Virus record (IMG/VR): IMGVR_UViG_3300012667_000477
Span: 1-38,445 of that record
From: a virus
Taxonomy: Duplodnaviria > Caudoviricetes
Direction: 5' to 3' (one strand)
Length of the DNA stretch: 38,445 bases
Part shown: positions 16,424 through 25,127 of the stretch, piece by piece
Numbering within the stretch: the stretch's first letter is position 1
Layout of the letters: every line of letters starts with the position of its first letter
Made by a program: the position numbers and the translations under genes
Notes under the pieces: generated by a model
Seen by the model: the letters and a program-made list of their open reading frames with translations, nothing else
Databases searched by the model: none
What the model was told of the DNA's origin: nothing

Positions 16424-16974
16424 AGCATTATTACATGGGCATCCAAGGCTGGTTTAACTTTGAGGAGCCGTATCGCGACGCCGTGCGTGAGGCCAAGGAT
16501 GGTTCCGTGTTCGTCGAACTCGGCTGCTGGAAGGGGCGATCTTCGTGCTTTCTGGCAGTTGAGGTCGTCAATAGCCAGAAAGACATTAAGCTAAACTTTG
16601 TGGATCACTGGAAAGGTTCTTCTGAGCCCCAGCATGAGTCCGATCCAGAAAAAGACGTAATCTTCTCGATCTTCACCAACAATCTGTCTAAGGCTGGAGT
16701 GGCCCACTCGATCTTCAGGACGAGTACGGTGGATGCTGCCAGCCTGTTTGAAGATAACAGCGTTGACTTCATTTGGGTTGACGCGGGACACGAATACAGT
16801 GAAGTTAAAGCAGACATAGAGGCTTGGTGGCCTAAACTGCGAGTTAATGGCGTTATGGGTGGTGACGATTTGCCCATGAATGGTGTAAAACAAGCAGTTG
16901 CAGAGAAGTTTCCGTACTACGAAGCCGGTTCAAAGAACGGGTGGCAGTGGTGGCGAGTTAGAAAGAGGTCTTAG
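16420..16974 (+). CDS. Class I SAM-dependent methyltransferase (Methyltransf_24-like)
   Basis: VELGCWKGRS, VDHW, VDFIWVDAGHEY, GVMGGDD. Confidence 0.85.
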   Translation: MKHYYMGIQGWFNFEEPYRDAVREAKDGSVFVELGCWKGRSSCFLAVEVVNSQKDIKLNFVDHWKGSSEPQHESDPEKDVIFSIFTNNLSKAGVAHSIFRTSTVDAASLFEDNSVDFIWVDAGHEYSEVKADIEAWWPKLRVNGVMGGDDLPMNGVKQAVAEKFPYYEAGSKNGWQWWRVRKRS

Positions 16975-16976
16975 GC

Positions 16977-19190
16977 ATGGCTACAAGGGGCATTTCTCCG
17001 GGGCGATACAATCCTAGCCTCATTCCCCAGCGTTCTGACGCTGCTGTTGGGCGCTCCTATAACACTGAGACCGGTAGATTGACCTCTGAGGAAGAGGACG
17101 AGAACGGCTACGAAGAGCCGATGGACGATAATGAGTTCAAGTATATCGTCGCTCAAGCCATTGAAGATGCCGGGACCTACATAGACAGCTATCTTGCGCC
17201 TGAGCGTGAGCGAGCGATGGCGTACTATCTTGCTGAGCCGTTTGGCGATGAAGAGGATGGCCGCTCTCAGGTTGTCTTAACCGAGGTGCGTGACACCATC
17301 CTTGCAATGCTGCCGTCCTTGCTTCGCATCTTTACCAGCGGCGACAAGATACTTGAGTTTATTCCCAATGGCCCCGAAGATGTTGCCGCAGCAGAGCAAG
17401 CGACTGACCTGATTAACTACATCTTCATGCAGGAGAATAACGGATTCCGTGTTCTGCATGACTCGATGAAAGATGCACTTATTCTGAAGACCGGCGTCCT
17501 GACTTGGAACAAGTTCGACGACATATCTGCTGAATACTACGCCTATAGTGGCCTGACGCAGGATGAGGTTGGCTATATCCTGAATGATCCTGACGTTGAG
17601 CTTGAGTCGCTTTCGGAAGAAATCGACATGCTCACGGGTGAGACAAAGATTGCCATGCGCATTGTTCGCCGTAAGGTGAAGGTGCGTTATGTTATTGAGT
17701 GCATCCCTCCTGAGCAGTTCTTGATCGACAACGAGGCCACAAGCCTTGATGACGCGATCTATATTGGTCGCCGCAAGCTTGCCACAATCTCCGAACTTGT
17801 AGCCATGGGCTATGACAAGGAAATCATTGAAGAAAACGCCGGAACTGGCGGGTTCGAGATGAATGGCGAAGTGATTGTTCGCAATCCTGCCGACCAGTCG
17901 TTCTTTGGCATTGCCGGAGCAAACGACGAGGCTACTGACAAGGTATTCTACGTCGAGAGCTACATTAGGCTGGACAGGGATGGCGACGGCATTGCTGAGC
18001 TGCACAAGGTTTGCAGTGTTGGCAACGGAACCTACATCCTTCACAGCGAGGTTGTTCAGGAAGCTCCGTTTGCGATTCTGTCACCTGATCCGACGCCTCA
18101 CACAATCTTCGGGCAGTCTGTTGCTGACCTGACGATGGATTTGCAGCGCATCAAGTCCGCCATCATGCGCAACACGCTTGATAGCTTGGCCCAGTCCATT
18201 CACCCACGAACGCTTGTGGTTGAAGGTCAGGTCAACATGGACGACGTGATGAACAACGAGACGGGGGCAATTATCCGCGCTCGTACGCCCGGCGCCGTTG
18301 TTCCTTTCTCCACTCCGTTCGTTGGCCAGTCAGCGCTTGGCGTCATGGCTTATCTGGACGAGATCAAGACGCAGCGTACTGGCATCTCTCGTGCGTCTCA
18401 GGGGCTCGATGCGGACTCGCTCCAGTCTACAACGAGTTCTGCCGTTCAGGCCCAGCTGTCGTCTTCTCAAGAGCGCATCGAAATGATTGCGCGCTTGTTT
18501 GCCGATGGCCTGAAGCGCTGCTTCAAGGGTGTTTTGAAGTTGGTGATCCAGCATCAAGACAAACCAAAGATCATCCGTCTGCGCAATAAGTTCGTGCCCA
18601 TTGATCCCACAGGGTGGGACAGCTCAATGGACATGATTGTCAACATTGCACTTGGTCGTGGTTCTGATGCTCAGCGTGCGGCATTCTTGTTGCAGATTTT
18701 GGGCCTTCAGAAAGAAGCGATTGAGAAGTATGGACCAAGTAATCCTCTTGTGTCTCTTGAGCAGATGCGCGGGACGTTGGCTGATCTGACAAAGCTTGCT
18801 GGATATATGGACCCTGCCAAGTTCTGGAAGGAAGTTAGCCCAGAGTCCGTTGACCAGTTCATGCAGCAGATGCAGCAGGGTAACGACAAGCCCGATCCAG
18901 CTGAAATGTTGGCTCAGGTTGAGACCCAGAAGACGCAGGCAGACATTATCATCAATGCTGCGAAGCAAGAGCTTGAGCGCCAGAAGGCCGCGGCTCAGGC
19001 CGACTTCGACCGTGACAAGCTCTACATCGACTCAATCCTGAAAGCGGCTGAGATACAAGCCAAGTACGGGGCTCAGGTCGATATGGCTGTCATCAAGGGC
19101 GAGGTTGATCGGCAGCGGACTGAAATACAAGAGATGTTTAAGACAGCTCAAGTTCAGCAGCCGATGCAGCCTGAGCCAGGGATGATGTAA
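16977..19190 (+). CDS. Portal protein
   Basis: 737 aa preceding scaffold and capsid; GRSQVV..EVRD...MLPSLLRIF, DRDGDG; Gln-rich coiled-coil C-terminus (P22-like barrel). Confidence 0.88.
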   Translation: MATRGISPGRYNPSLIPQRSDAAVGRSYNTETGRLTSEEEDENGYEEPMDDNEFKYIVAQAIEDAGTYIDSYLAPERERAMAYYLAEPFGDEEDGRSQVVLTEVRDTILAMLPSLLRIFTSGDKILEFIPNGPEDVAAAEQATDLINYIFMQENNGFRVLHDSMKDALILKTGVLTWNKFDDISAEYYAYSGLTQDEVGYILNDPDVELESLSEEIDMLTGETKIAMRIVRRKVKVRYVIECIPPEQFLIDNEATSLDDAIYIGRRKLATISELVAMGYDKEIIEENAGTGGFEMNGEVIVRNPADQSFFGIAGANDEATDKVFYVESYIRLDRDGDGIAELHKVCSVGNGTYILHSEVVQEAPFAILSPDPTPHTIFGQSVADLTMDLQRIKSAIMRNTLDSLAQSIHPRTLVVEGQVNMDDVMNNETGAIIRARTPGAVVPFSTPFVGQSALGVMAYLDEIKTQRTGISRASQGLDADSLQSTTSSAVQAQLSSSQERIEMIARLFADGLKRCFKGVLKLVIQHQDKPKIIRLRNKFVPIDPTGWDSSMDMIVNIALGRGSDAQRAAFLLQILGLQKEAIEKYGPSNPLVSLEQMRGTLADLTKLAGYMDPAKFWKEVSPESVDQFMQQMQQGNDKPDPAEMLAQVETQKTQADIIINAAKQELERQKAAAQADFDRDKLYIDSILKAAEIQAKYGAQVDMAVIKGEVDRQRTEIQEMFKTAQVQQPMQPEPGMM

Positions 19191-19444
19191 TGGCAACCTA
19201 CGAGCAGGAAGAGCTTTGGCGGTCTGCGAAGGCGCTTGTTAATGACAAGGCCACGCAGGCCGTACTTAAGAGATTACAGGACAGGGTTGTCGCAGACTGG
19301 ATGGGGTCAACCCCGGAGGCTGTGACAAAAAGGGATGATGCGTACCACATGGTTCGCGCCATAGCTGCGTTCAGAGACGAGCTAACTGCCCTCGCGGCAG
19401 AGCCGTCAGTCATGCAGTTTAACAGACGCTTGAACAGAGCGTAA
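19190..19444 (+). CDS. Hypothetical protein between portal and scaffold
   Basis: TAATG overlap; typical position. Confidence 0.75.
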   Translation: MATYEQEELWRSAKALVNDKATQAVLKRLQDRVVADWMGSTPEAVTKRDDAYHMVRAIAAFRDELTALAAEPSVMQFNRRLNRA

Positions 19445-19459
19445 CAATGGAGTATATAT

Positions 19460-20497
19460 ATGTCAGAAGCCGAACAATCGCGGCCTAGCGAACTCGGTTT
19501 AGCGGATGCCGCTACGGCAATTCTTGGTTTGATGGACGGCCCTGAGCCGCAACCAAAGCCCCAGAAGAGCGTAGAGGACAACGCCGAAGTCGAGGAGACA
19601 GAGGCGGCGGCGGACGAAGATATTGAGGCTTCATCTGAGGACGATCAGGCATCTGAGGATTATTCCGAGGATTCGTCAGAAGATGAGGAGTCAGAGTCTG
19701 TCGAGGCGGCTGAAGATAATGAGGACGACGCTCCGGCGCTTGACTCTCTTGTCACCGTTAAAATTAACGGCAAGACACAGAAGGTCACTCTCAAGGAAGC
19801 GATTGACGGTTATCAGAGGCAGGCCGATTACCAAGGCAAAACGCAGGCCCTTGCAGAGCAACGGAAAGCGTTTGAAGCAGAACGTAGGCAGTCGGAGGAA
19901 TATCGGAACTATTACGCACAGCAGCTTCAGGTTTTGGACCAGCAATTGCAGCAAATCCTGCCGCAAGAACCCAACTGGGAGCAGCTTCACCGTGACGACC
20001 CGATCAACTTTCCGATTATCGAGAAGCAATGGCGTGACCTAAAGGATCGCGCTGCCTATACGCAAGCCGAGCAGGCACGTTTGGCAGCTATTGCGTCTCA
20101 AGAGGAGCAAAGGCAGCTTCAACATCTTGTCGCCGAGGGACAAAAGTTCATCGTAGAGAAGATGCCGGAGTGGAAAGACGAAGCAAAGTGGAAGGCCGCG
20201 CGCAATCAACTTCGTGAGTATGGTCAAAAGGTTGGCTACACCGCAGAAGAATTGGCTCAGGCATATGATCCGAGAGCTATCGTCCTTCTGGAGAAGGCTA
20301 GGCGATATGACGCTTTACAAGCGAACAAGCCAAAGCCGCAGCCGGTTTCAAAGGGTCCAAAGCCCATGCGCGCCGGGAACATCTCCTCTAGCCCCCGCCA
20401 GTCTACGGAGATCGCCAAGGTAAAACAGCGTCTCAAGTCATCCGGTAGCGTCAGCGATGCTGCTGCCCTTTTTGGAATGCTCGACTCTAGGAGATAA
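19460..20497 (+). CDS. Capsid scaffolding protein
   Basis: Very acidic N-terminus, VKINGKTQKVTLKE...GYQRQADY..KTQ, coiled coil; directly upstream of the capsid gene. Confidence 0.85.
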   Translation: MSEAEQSRPSELGLADAATAILGLMDGPEPQPKPQKSVEDNAEVEETEAAADEDIEASSEDDQASEDYSEDSSEDEESESVEAAEDNEDDAPALDSLVTVKINGKTQKVTLKEAIDGYQRQADYQGKTQALAEQRKAFEAERRQSEEYRNYYAQQLQVLDQQLQQILPQEPNWEQLHRDDPINFPIIEKQWRDLKDRAAYTQAEQARLAAIASQEEQRQLQHLVAEGQKFIVEKMPEWKDEAKWKAARNQLREYGQKVGYTAEELAQAYDPRAIVLLEKARRYDALQANKPKPQPVSKGPKPMRAGNISSSPRQSTEIAKVKQRLKSSGSVSDAAALFGMLDSRR

Positions 20498-20499
20498 TC

Positions 20500-21483
20500 A
20501 TGGCTTCTGTGACCAAAGTTACCACTTACGACAACGCCAACGCCAACCGCGAAGACCTGTCGAACATCATCTACGACATTTCGCCGACTTCAACTCCGTT
20601 CATGAACAACATTGGTCGTGACACGGCGTCGAACACCTACTTTGAGTGGCAGGTTGATGAGCTTGCTGCGGCTGGCGCGAATGCGGCTATCGAAGGCGCT
20701 GACGCTGGCAATGCCGACTTCACAGCTACTGTTCGTGTTGCGAACTACACGCAGATCAGCCGCAAGGTTATCTCGGTTTCGGGCACTGCTGACAGCGTAA
20801 ACACTGCCGGTATGCGTACCGTCATGGCCTACGAGACCGCCAAGAAGGCAAAAGAGCTGAAGCGCGATATGGAGTTCATCCTCTTGTCGAATCAGGCGGG
20901 CGCTGCCGGTTCTGGCACTTCGACAGCTCGTAACACGGCTGGTCTGCCGACTTGGCTTATCAGCAACTCTGTTGCGAACGGCGCGACGCTTCCTGAAATG
21001 TCTGGTTCTGACGGCAATGGCTATCCCGACACTGCTTGGACCAGCCTTTCGACTTCGACGGACGTTGCGTTCACCGAGACGATGTTGAAGACCGCTATTC
21101 AGAACGTCTGGGCTGAGGGTGGTGATCCGAAAATCCTCATGGTTGGCCCGTACAACAAGACGGTTGCCTCTGGCTTCTCCGGCCTTGCTGAGCAGCGCGT
21201 GAACTACAACGGCGCCAAGCCGTTGAAGATCATTGCGACGGCTGACGTGTATCTCTCGGACTTCGGTGAAGTCGCCATTGTCCCGAACCGCTTCCAGCCC
21301 GAGAACTTCGCGTTCGTGCTGGACCCGGAATATGCGTCTGTCTCGTACCTGCGTCCGTTCCGCACCTTCGACATCGCCAAGACTGGCGACTCGGACAAGA
21401 AGGAAATGGTTGTGGAATACGGCCTGCGCATCAAGTCTGAGAAGGCTCACGCGGCAATCGCAAACCTCACGGTTTCGGCCTAG
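20500..21483 (+). CDS. Major capsid protein (DUF5309/SU10-like)
   Basis: NREDLSNIIYDISPTSTPF, FEWQVDEL, NYTQI, KELKRDME; strong codon bias; terminator follows. Confidence 0.9.
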   Translation: MASVTKVTTYDNANANREDLSNIIYDISPTSTPFMNNIGRDTASNTYFEWQVDELAAAGANAAIEGADAGNADFTATVRVANYTQISRKVISVSGTADSVNTAGMRTVMAYETAKKAKELKRDMEFILLSNQAGAAGSGTSTARNTAGLPTWLISNSVANGATLPEMSGSDGNGYPDTAWTSLSTSTDVAFTETMLKTAIQNVWAEGGDPKILMVGPYNKTVASGFSGLAEQRVNYNGAKPLKIIATADVYLSDFGEVAIVPNRFQPENFAFVLDPEYASVSYLRPFRTFDIAKTGDSDKKEMVVEYGLRIKSEKAHAAIANLTVSA

Positions 21484-21489
21484 TCTAAA

Positions 21490-21517
21490 TAAATGGGCGG
21501 CGCGAGCCGCCCATTTA
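21490..21517 (+). terminator. Stem-loop after the capsid gene
   Basis: TAAATGGGCGGC-GCGA-GCCGCCCATTTA, 12-bp stem with GNRA loop. Confidence 0.75.
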
Positions 21518-21526
21518 CCTTAAGGA

Positions 21527-21862
21527 ATGGGGAACATGGCAGAAGATTACGCTCCCGGATCGTTTGTTCTTGGACGGGATGAATTCACCGGGACCGTTAC
21601 GAAGATGCACATCAACCACGATGGGGTGATGCACTTCGAGGATTCGGTAGAGATTGACAACATTGCTGAGCAGGCAAGGCAGGAACGTAATGACGCTTCT
21701 CGCACTGCAAAGCAGGGGGATATGGTGAAGGTGGCCAGTTTGCCCATGTTGGTCTATCTGGACCTGACAAGGCGTGGTATCCTGCGCGACCGAACAGAGA
21801 TGCGGAAATGGCTTGCCTCTGACGAGGCTCTTCCGTATCGAACCCACTGGATGAAGAGCTGA
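21527..21862 (+). CDS. Hypothetical protein (head module)
   Basis: RBS; KVASLP motif; TGATG overlap with next gene. Confidence 0.72.
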   Translation: MGNMAEDYAPGSFVLGRDEFTGTVTKMHINHDGVMHFEDSVEIDNIAEQARQERNDASRTAKQGDMVKVASLPMLVYLDLTRRGILRDRTEMRKWLASDEALPYRTHWMKS

Positions 21863-22479
21863 TGGCGATTATCTCTAATTACGCTACGCTACAATCCACG
21901 ATTGCCGATTACCTTAATCGCGCAGACCTGACCTCACAAATCCAGACCTTCATTCAGTTCGTCGAGGCTGACATCAATACGCGACTGCGTACGCGCGATA
22001 TGATTGTCAGGTCCACACTCACGACTGACGAACAGTTTACGTCTCTTCCTGCTGACTTTCTTGAGGCTATTAATCTTCAGGTTGTCGACGGCAAGAGCCC
22101 GCTCCGCTTCATTACTCTGGACGAGGCCGACATTGTTAACGCTCGCAAGAACCTGACAGATGTCGGGTTTTACTCGTTAATGAATGGGTCTATTGAGCTT
22201 GTTCCTCCGCCTGCCCAAGAGATTGACGTTGAGATTGTCTATTACGGCAAGGTTCCTGCGCTCTCTGAATTGAATACAACCAACTGGCTTTTGACCAAGG
22301 CTCCTGACGTGTATCTCTATGGTGCCCTTGCCCATGCTGCGCCTTATCTGATGGATGATCCTCGCGTTCAGGTGTTTGGTCCGGTCTATCTGTCTCGTGT
22401 CGAGTCTCTGAATGAGGAGTCTCAGAAGGCTCTGCACAGCGGCTCCCCGTTGGTTGCAAGGACGCGACGAGCCTATTGA
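21862..22479 (+). CDS. Head-tail adaptor protein
   Basis: NYATLQSTIADYLNRADLT..I..FI, LPADFLE, TNWLLTKAPDVYLYGAL; position after capsid. Confidence 0.75.
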   Translation: MAIISNYATLQSTIADYLNRADLTSQIQTFIQFVEADINTRLRTRDMIVRSTLTTDEQFTSLPADFLEAINLQVVDGKSPLRFITLDEADIVNARKNLTDVGFYSLMNGSIELVPPPAQEIDVEIVYYGKVPALSELNTTNWLLTKAPDVYLYGALAHAAPYLMDDPRVQVFGPVYLSRVESLNEESQKALHSGSPLVARTRRAY

Positions 22480-22535
22480 GCTTTATGTTAGCGGTCGCCA
22501 TCACGGTTGCGGCGCAAAACTGAACAGGAGGCTAC

Positions 22536-23528
22536 ATGGCCGATTCATTCACAGTAAATTTGAATTTAACCAAGCCTGAGGTTGGCGCATCTCGCGACAC
22601 TTGGGGGACGAAGCTGAACACCGATCTTGATACGGTTGACGGTGTGTTCAATGCTGCGGGTAACGGCACGTCAGTTGGCTTGAATGTCGGGGCTGGCAAG
22701 ACCTTGACGGTTGCTGGGACTCTGACGGCAACAGGAACAGCTACCCTGCCTGCGGCGGCAACTGCTGGTGGGGCTACTATTGTTTCCACGACAGCCACGC
22801 AGACGTTGACGAACAAGACGCTGACAAGCCCAACAATTAATTCTGCAACGATGACGGCTCCTGCTCTCGGGACCCCGGCATCTGGCGTCTTGACCAATGC
22901 TACTGGCCTTCCCCTGACGACTGGCGTTACTGGCGTTCTTCCTATTGCCAATGGCGGGACGAATGCAGCAACTGCTGCTGACGCAAGGACATCTCTTGGG
23001 CTTGGCACTGTTGCAGTGGAGAATACTGTTCCTGTCTCAAAGGGTGGAACAGGGCTGACAACGCTCACTGCAAATAACGTCATTCTCGGAAATGGGACAT
23101 CTGCGCCTTCTTTCGTGGCTCCAAGCACGTCAGGCAATGTTCTTGTCAGCACGGGTACGACTTGGGAAAGCTCTACGGTTCCTGCCCCTGCTGCTCTGTC
23201 TACGGCCTCTGGTTCTGCCCCCTCTTACTCCGCGCGCGCTTGGGTTAGCTTTAACGGAACAGGTACGGTTGCTATCTTTGCTGCCGGAAACGTATCTAGC
23301 GTCACCGATAATGGTACTGGTGACTATACGGTTAATTTTACCACGACGATGGGCAGCACAAACTATTCGTTCGCTATTTCCAAAAACGACTCCTCTAGCG
23401 CTGATGGATTGACGGTTGCGTTTCAGTCGACGTCAATCTCGTCAACTTCTATTCGTCTCTCCGTAGCGGCTCCGGTAAGTGGTCTAAAGGCAGACAGCTC
23501 AAGGGTCTGTGTTGCGATATTCATATAG
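22536..23528 (+). CDS. Tail fibre protein
   Basis: [18 protein letters not shown] anchor, QTLTNKTL and LPIANGGT repeats, C-terminal RAWVSFNG...[18 protein letters not shown]. Confidence 0.82.
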   Translation: MADSFTVNLNLTKPEVGASRDTWGTKLNTDLDTVDGVFNAAGNGTSVGLNVGAGKTLTVAGTLTATGTATLPAAATAGGATIVSTTATQTLTNKTLTSPTINSATMTAPALGTPASGVLTNATGLPLTTGVTGVLPIANGGTNAATAADARTSLGLGTVAVENTVPVSKGGTGLTTLTANNVILGNGTSAPSFVAPSTSGNVLVSTGTTWESSTVPAPAALSTASGSAPSYSARAWVSFNGTGTVAIFAAGNVSSVTDNGTGDYTVNFTTTMGSTNYSFAISKNDSSSADGLTVAFQSTSISSTSIRLSVAAPVSGLKADSSRVCVAIFI

Positions 23529-23538
23529 TGGGGACAAA

Positions 23539-23727
23539 ATGAACAAGCGCATCATCTATCCAAATGAGTTTGGTGGCGTCTCGATCATCATTCCAGCAGA
23601 CTGCGGATTGACGATTGAGCAAATCGCTGCCAAGGACGTGCCGGTAGGTACTCCATACAAGATCATTGATGCTGATGAGGTTCCTTCTGACAGGACCTTT
23701 CGCGATGCTTGGGAGTATTCGGAATGA
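23539..23727 (+). CDS. Tail-fibre-associated protein
   Basis: IAAKDVP.G..Y.I....VPSDRTFRDAW motif. Confidence 0.72.
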   Translation: MNKRIIYPNEFGGVSIIIPADCGLTIEQIAAKDVPVGTPYKIIDADEVPSDRTFRDAWEYSE

Positions 23728-23951
23728 TCGTCGTCAACCTTTCTAGAGCGAAATCAATCGCTCATGATGCTCGGCGCTCTGCGCGTGCAAAAGAGTTTGC
23801 GCCGTTGGATATTAAGGCCACGATCCCGTCTGAGGGAGCAGCAGCCGAGATGCAGCGGCAGGCTGTGCGCGAGAAGTATGCGGCTGTGCAAGCAAACATT
23901 GACGCGGCCTCTGACGTTGATAGCGTAAAAGAAGCTATCAAGGGGATATGA
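23724..23951 (+). CDS. Tail-fibre-associated protein
   Basis: AKSIAHDARR.AR..EFAPLD motif; ATGA overlap. Confidence 0.72.
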   Translation: MIVVNLSRAKSIAHDARRSARAKEFAPLDIKATIPSEGAAAEMQRQAVREKYAAVQANIDAASDVDSVKEAIKGI

Positions 23952-23955
23952 ACCA

Positions 23956-24132
23956 ATGAGCGATCACAACCAAGAGGCTGCGAAACTGATTACTGATGGT
24001 CTTTCAGTTGTGACTGTTGTTGGAACTTTGGCTGGCTTGCTTCCGGCCATTGCAGCCTTATTCACGATTATCTGGACGGGTATTCGCATATACGAGACGG
24101 ATACTGTGCAGCGATGGGTGGGCAAGAGATGA
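23956..24132 (+). CDS. Putative holin (58 aa; not in ORF track)
   Basis: MSDHNQEAAKLITDGLSVVTVVGTLAGLLPAIAALFTIIWTGIRIYETDTVQRWVGKR; hydrophobic; ATGA overlap with the endolysin. Confidence 0.7.
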   Translation: MSDHNQEAAKLITDGLSVVTVVGTLAGLLPAIAALFTIIWTGIRIYETDTVQRWVGKR

Positions 24133-24794
24133 GAGAGAAGTCAGAGATCAAGCACGGCAATAAGCCTGTAAACACGATCTTTATCCATTGCAGCGCGACT
24201 CGCCCATCATGGTTTGAAAGGCGATCCTTGGCCCTGAAGGTTAAAGAGATACGCCGCTGGCATGTTGAAGAGCGCAAGTGGACTGATATTGGCTACCACT
24301 GGATTGTTGACCGTGATGGGTCTGTAGCCAATGGGCGCCCCGAAGGTGTTGCGGGCTCACATGCTCAGGGTCACAATACTGGGTCGATTGGCATCTGCCT
24401 GATTGGTGGTCACGGCTCAAGCGAGAATGACCAGTTCAGCGAACACTTCACACCTCAGCAGGATGCTGCTTTGCGTGGACTGATTGAGGACATCAAGCAG
24501 CGCACAACGATTACCAAGATACGTGGCCATAACGAGGTTGCAGCCAAGGCTTGTCCGGGATTCAACGTCTCTCGCTGGTACGCCAAGAAGGCTCCTCGCA
24601 AGATCGTGCAAAGCACAACGATGCAGGCCAGCGCGACTCAGGTTGTCTCAGGAGCTGTAGGTGGCGTGACTGCGGTATCAGCTCTTGACGGGACTGCGCA
24701 GATATTTGCGCTCGTTCTATGCGCTGTGGTCATAGCTGCGGCTGCTTGGGTTATGAGGGAGAGGATCAAATCATGGGTTGGTGGTCATACCTGA
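24129..24794 (+). CDS. Endolysin, N-acetylmuramoyl-L-alanine amidase (T7 lysozyme-like) with hydrophobic C-terminus
   Basis: IHCSAT, DIGYH, SIGICLIGG, GHNEVAAKACP Zn-amidase motifs. Confidence 0.9.
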   Translation: MREKSEIKHGNKPVNTIFIHCSATRPSWFERRSLALKVKEIRRWHVEERKWTDIGYHWIVDRDGSVANGRPEGVAGSHAQGHNTGSIGICLIGGHGSSENDQFSEHFTPQQDAALRGLIEDIKQRTTITKIRGHNEVAAKACPGFNVSRWYAKKAPRKIVQSTTMQASATQVVSGAVGGVTAVSALDGTAQIFALVLCAVVIAAAAWVMRERIKSWVGGHT

Positions 24795-25009
24795 TCTCTC
24801 CTATCGGTCGCTATATAGCGGGGGCAATTGCTGCGATTGTGGTTCTTGGCTCCATTTATGTTAAAATAAGGTCAGACGCTATATCAGAAACTATAGCACT
24901 TTCTGACAAAGAGGCTCTGAAGAGGACTCAAGATGCGATTGCTTCTGGTGATGCTGCCGCTACTGATCCTGAACGGCTGCTCGAAGATGATGGACATAGG
25001 CGGGACTAA
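24773..25009 (+). CDS. Putative i-spanin (Rz-like)
   Basis: N-terminal TM helix; follows endolysin; overlaps a lipoprotein gene. Confidence 0.6.
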   Translation: MGWWSYLISPIGRYIAGAIAAIVVLGSIYVKIRSDAISETIALSDKEALKRTQDAIASGDAAATDPERLLEDDGHRRD

Positions 25010-25127
25010 GCCTGCTGCTTGTTCTGTGTGGCGCGATGTTTCGTGGTCATCCAAAGACACTCGTCAAACTATTGTCGAGGTCAAGGTAAACAATGCGCGC
25101 CGACAAGGCTTTTGCGAGGGTAGATAA
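24933..25127 (+). CDS. Putative o-spanin lipoprotein (Rz1-like)
   Basis: Signal peptide with LNGC lipobox; overlaps the Rz-like gene in another frame. Confidence 0.68.
   Translation: MRLLLVMLPLLILNGCSKMMDIGGTKPAACSVWRDVSWSSKDTRQTIVEVKVNNARRQGFCEGR

Noticed and set aside
20590-21450. 286-aa antisense ORF over the capsid gene (also long antisense ORFs at 17277-18044 and 22532-23152)
   Set aside because: Shadow ORFs expected from the strong codon bias of the sense genes; no RBS or recognisable motifs
22536-23528. Diversity-generating retroelement target in the fibre genes or the Gly-Tyr repeat
   Set aside because: No reverse transcriptase and no template/variable repeat pair differing at adenines was seen
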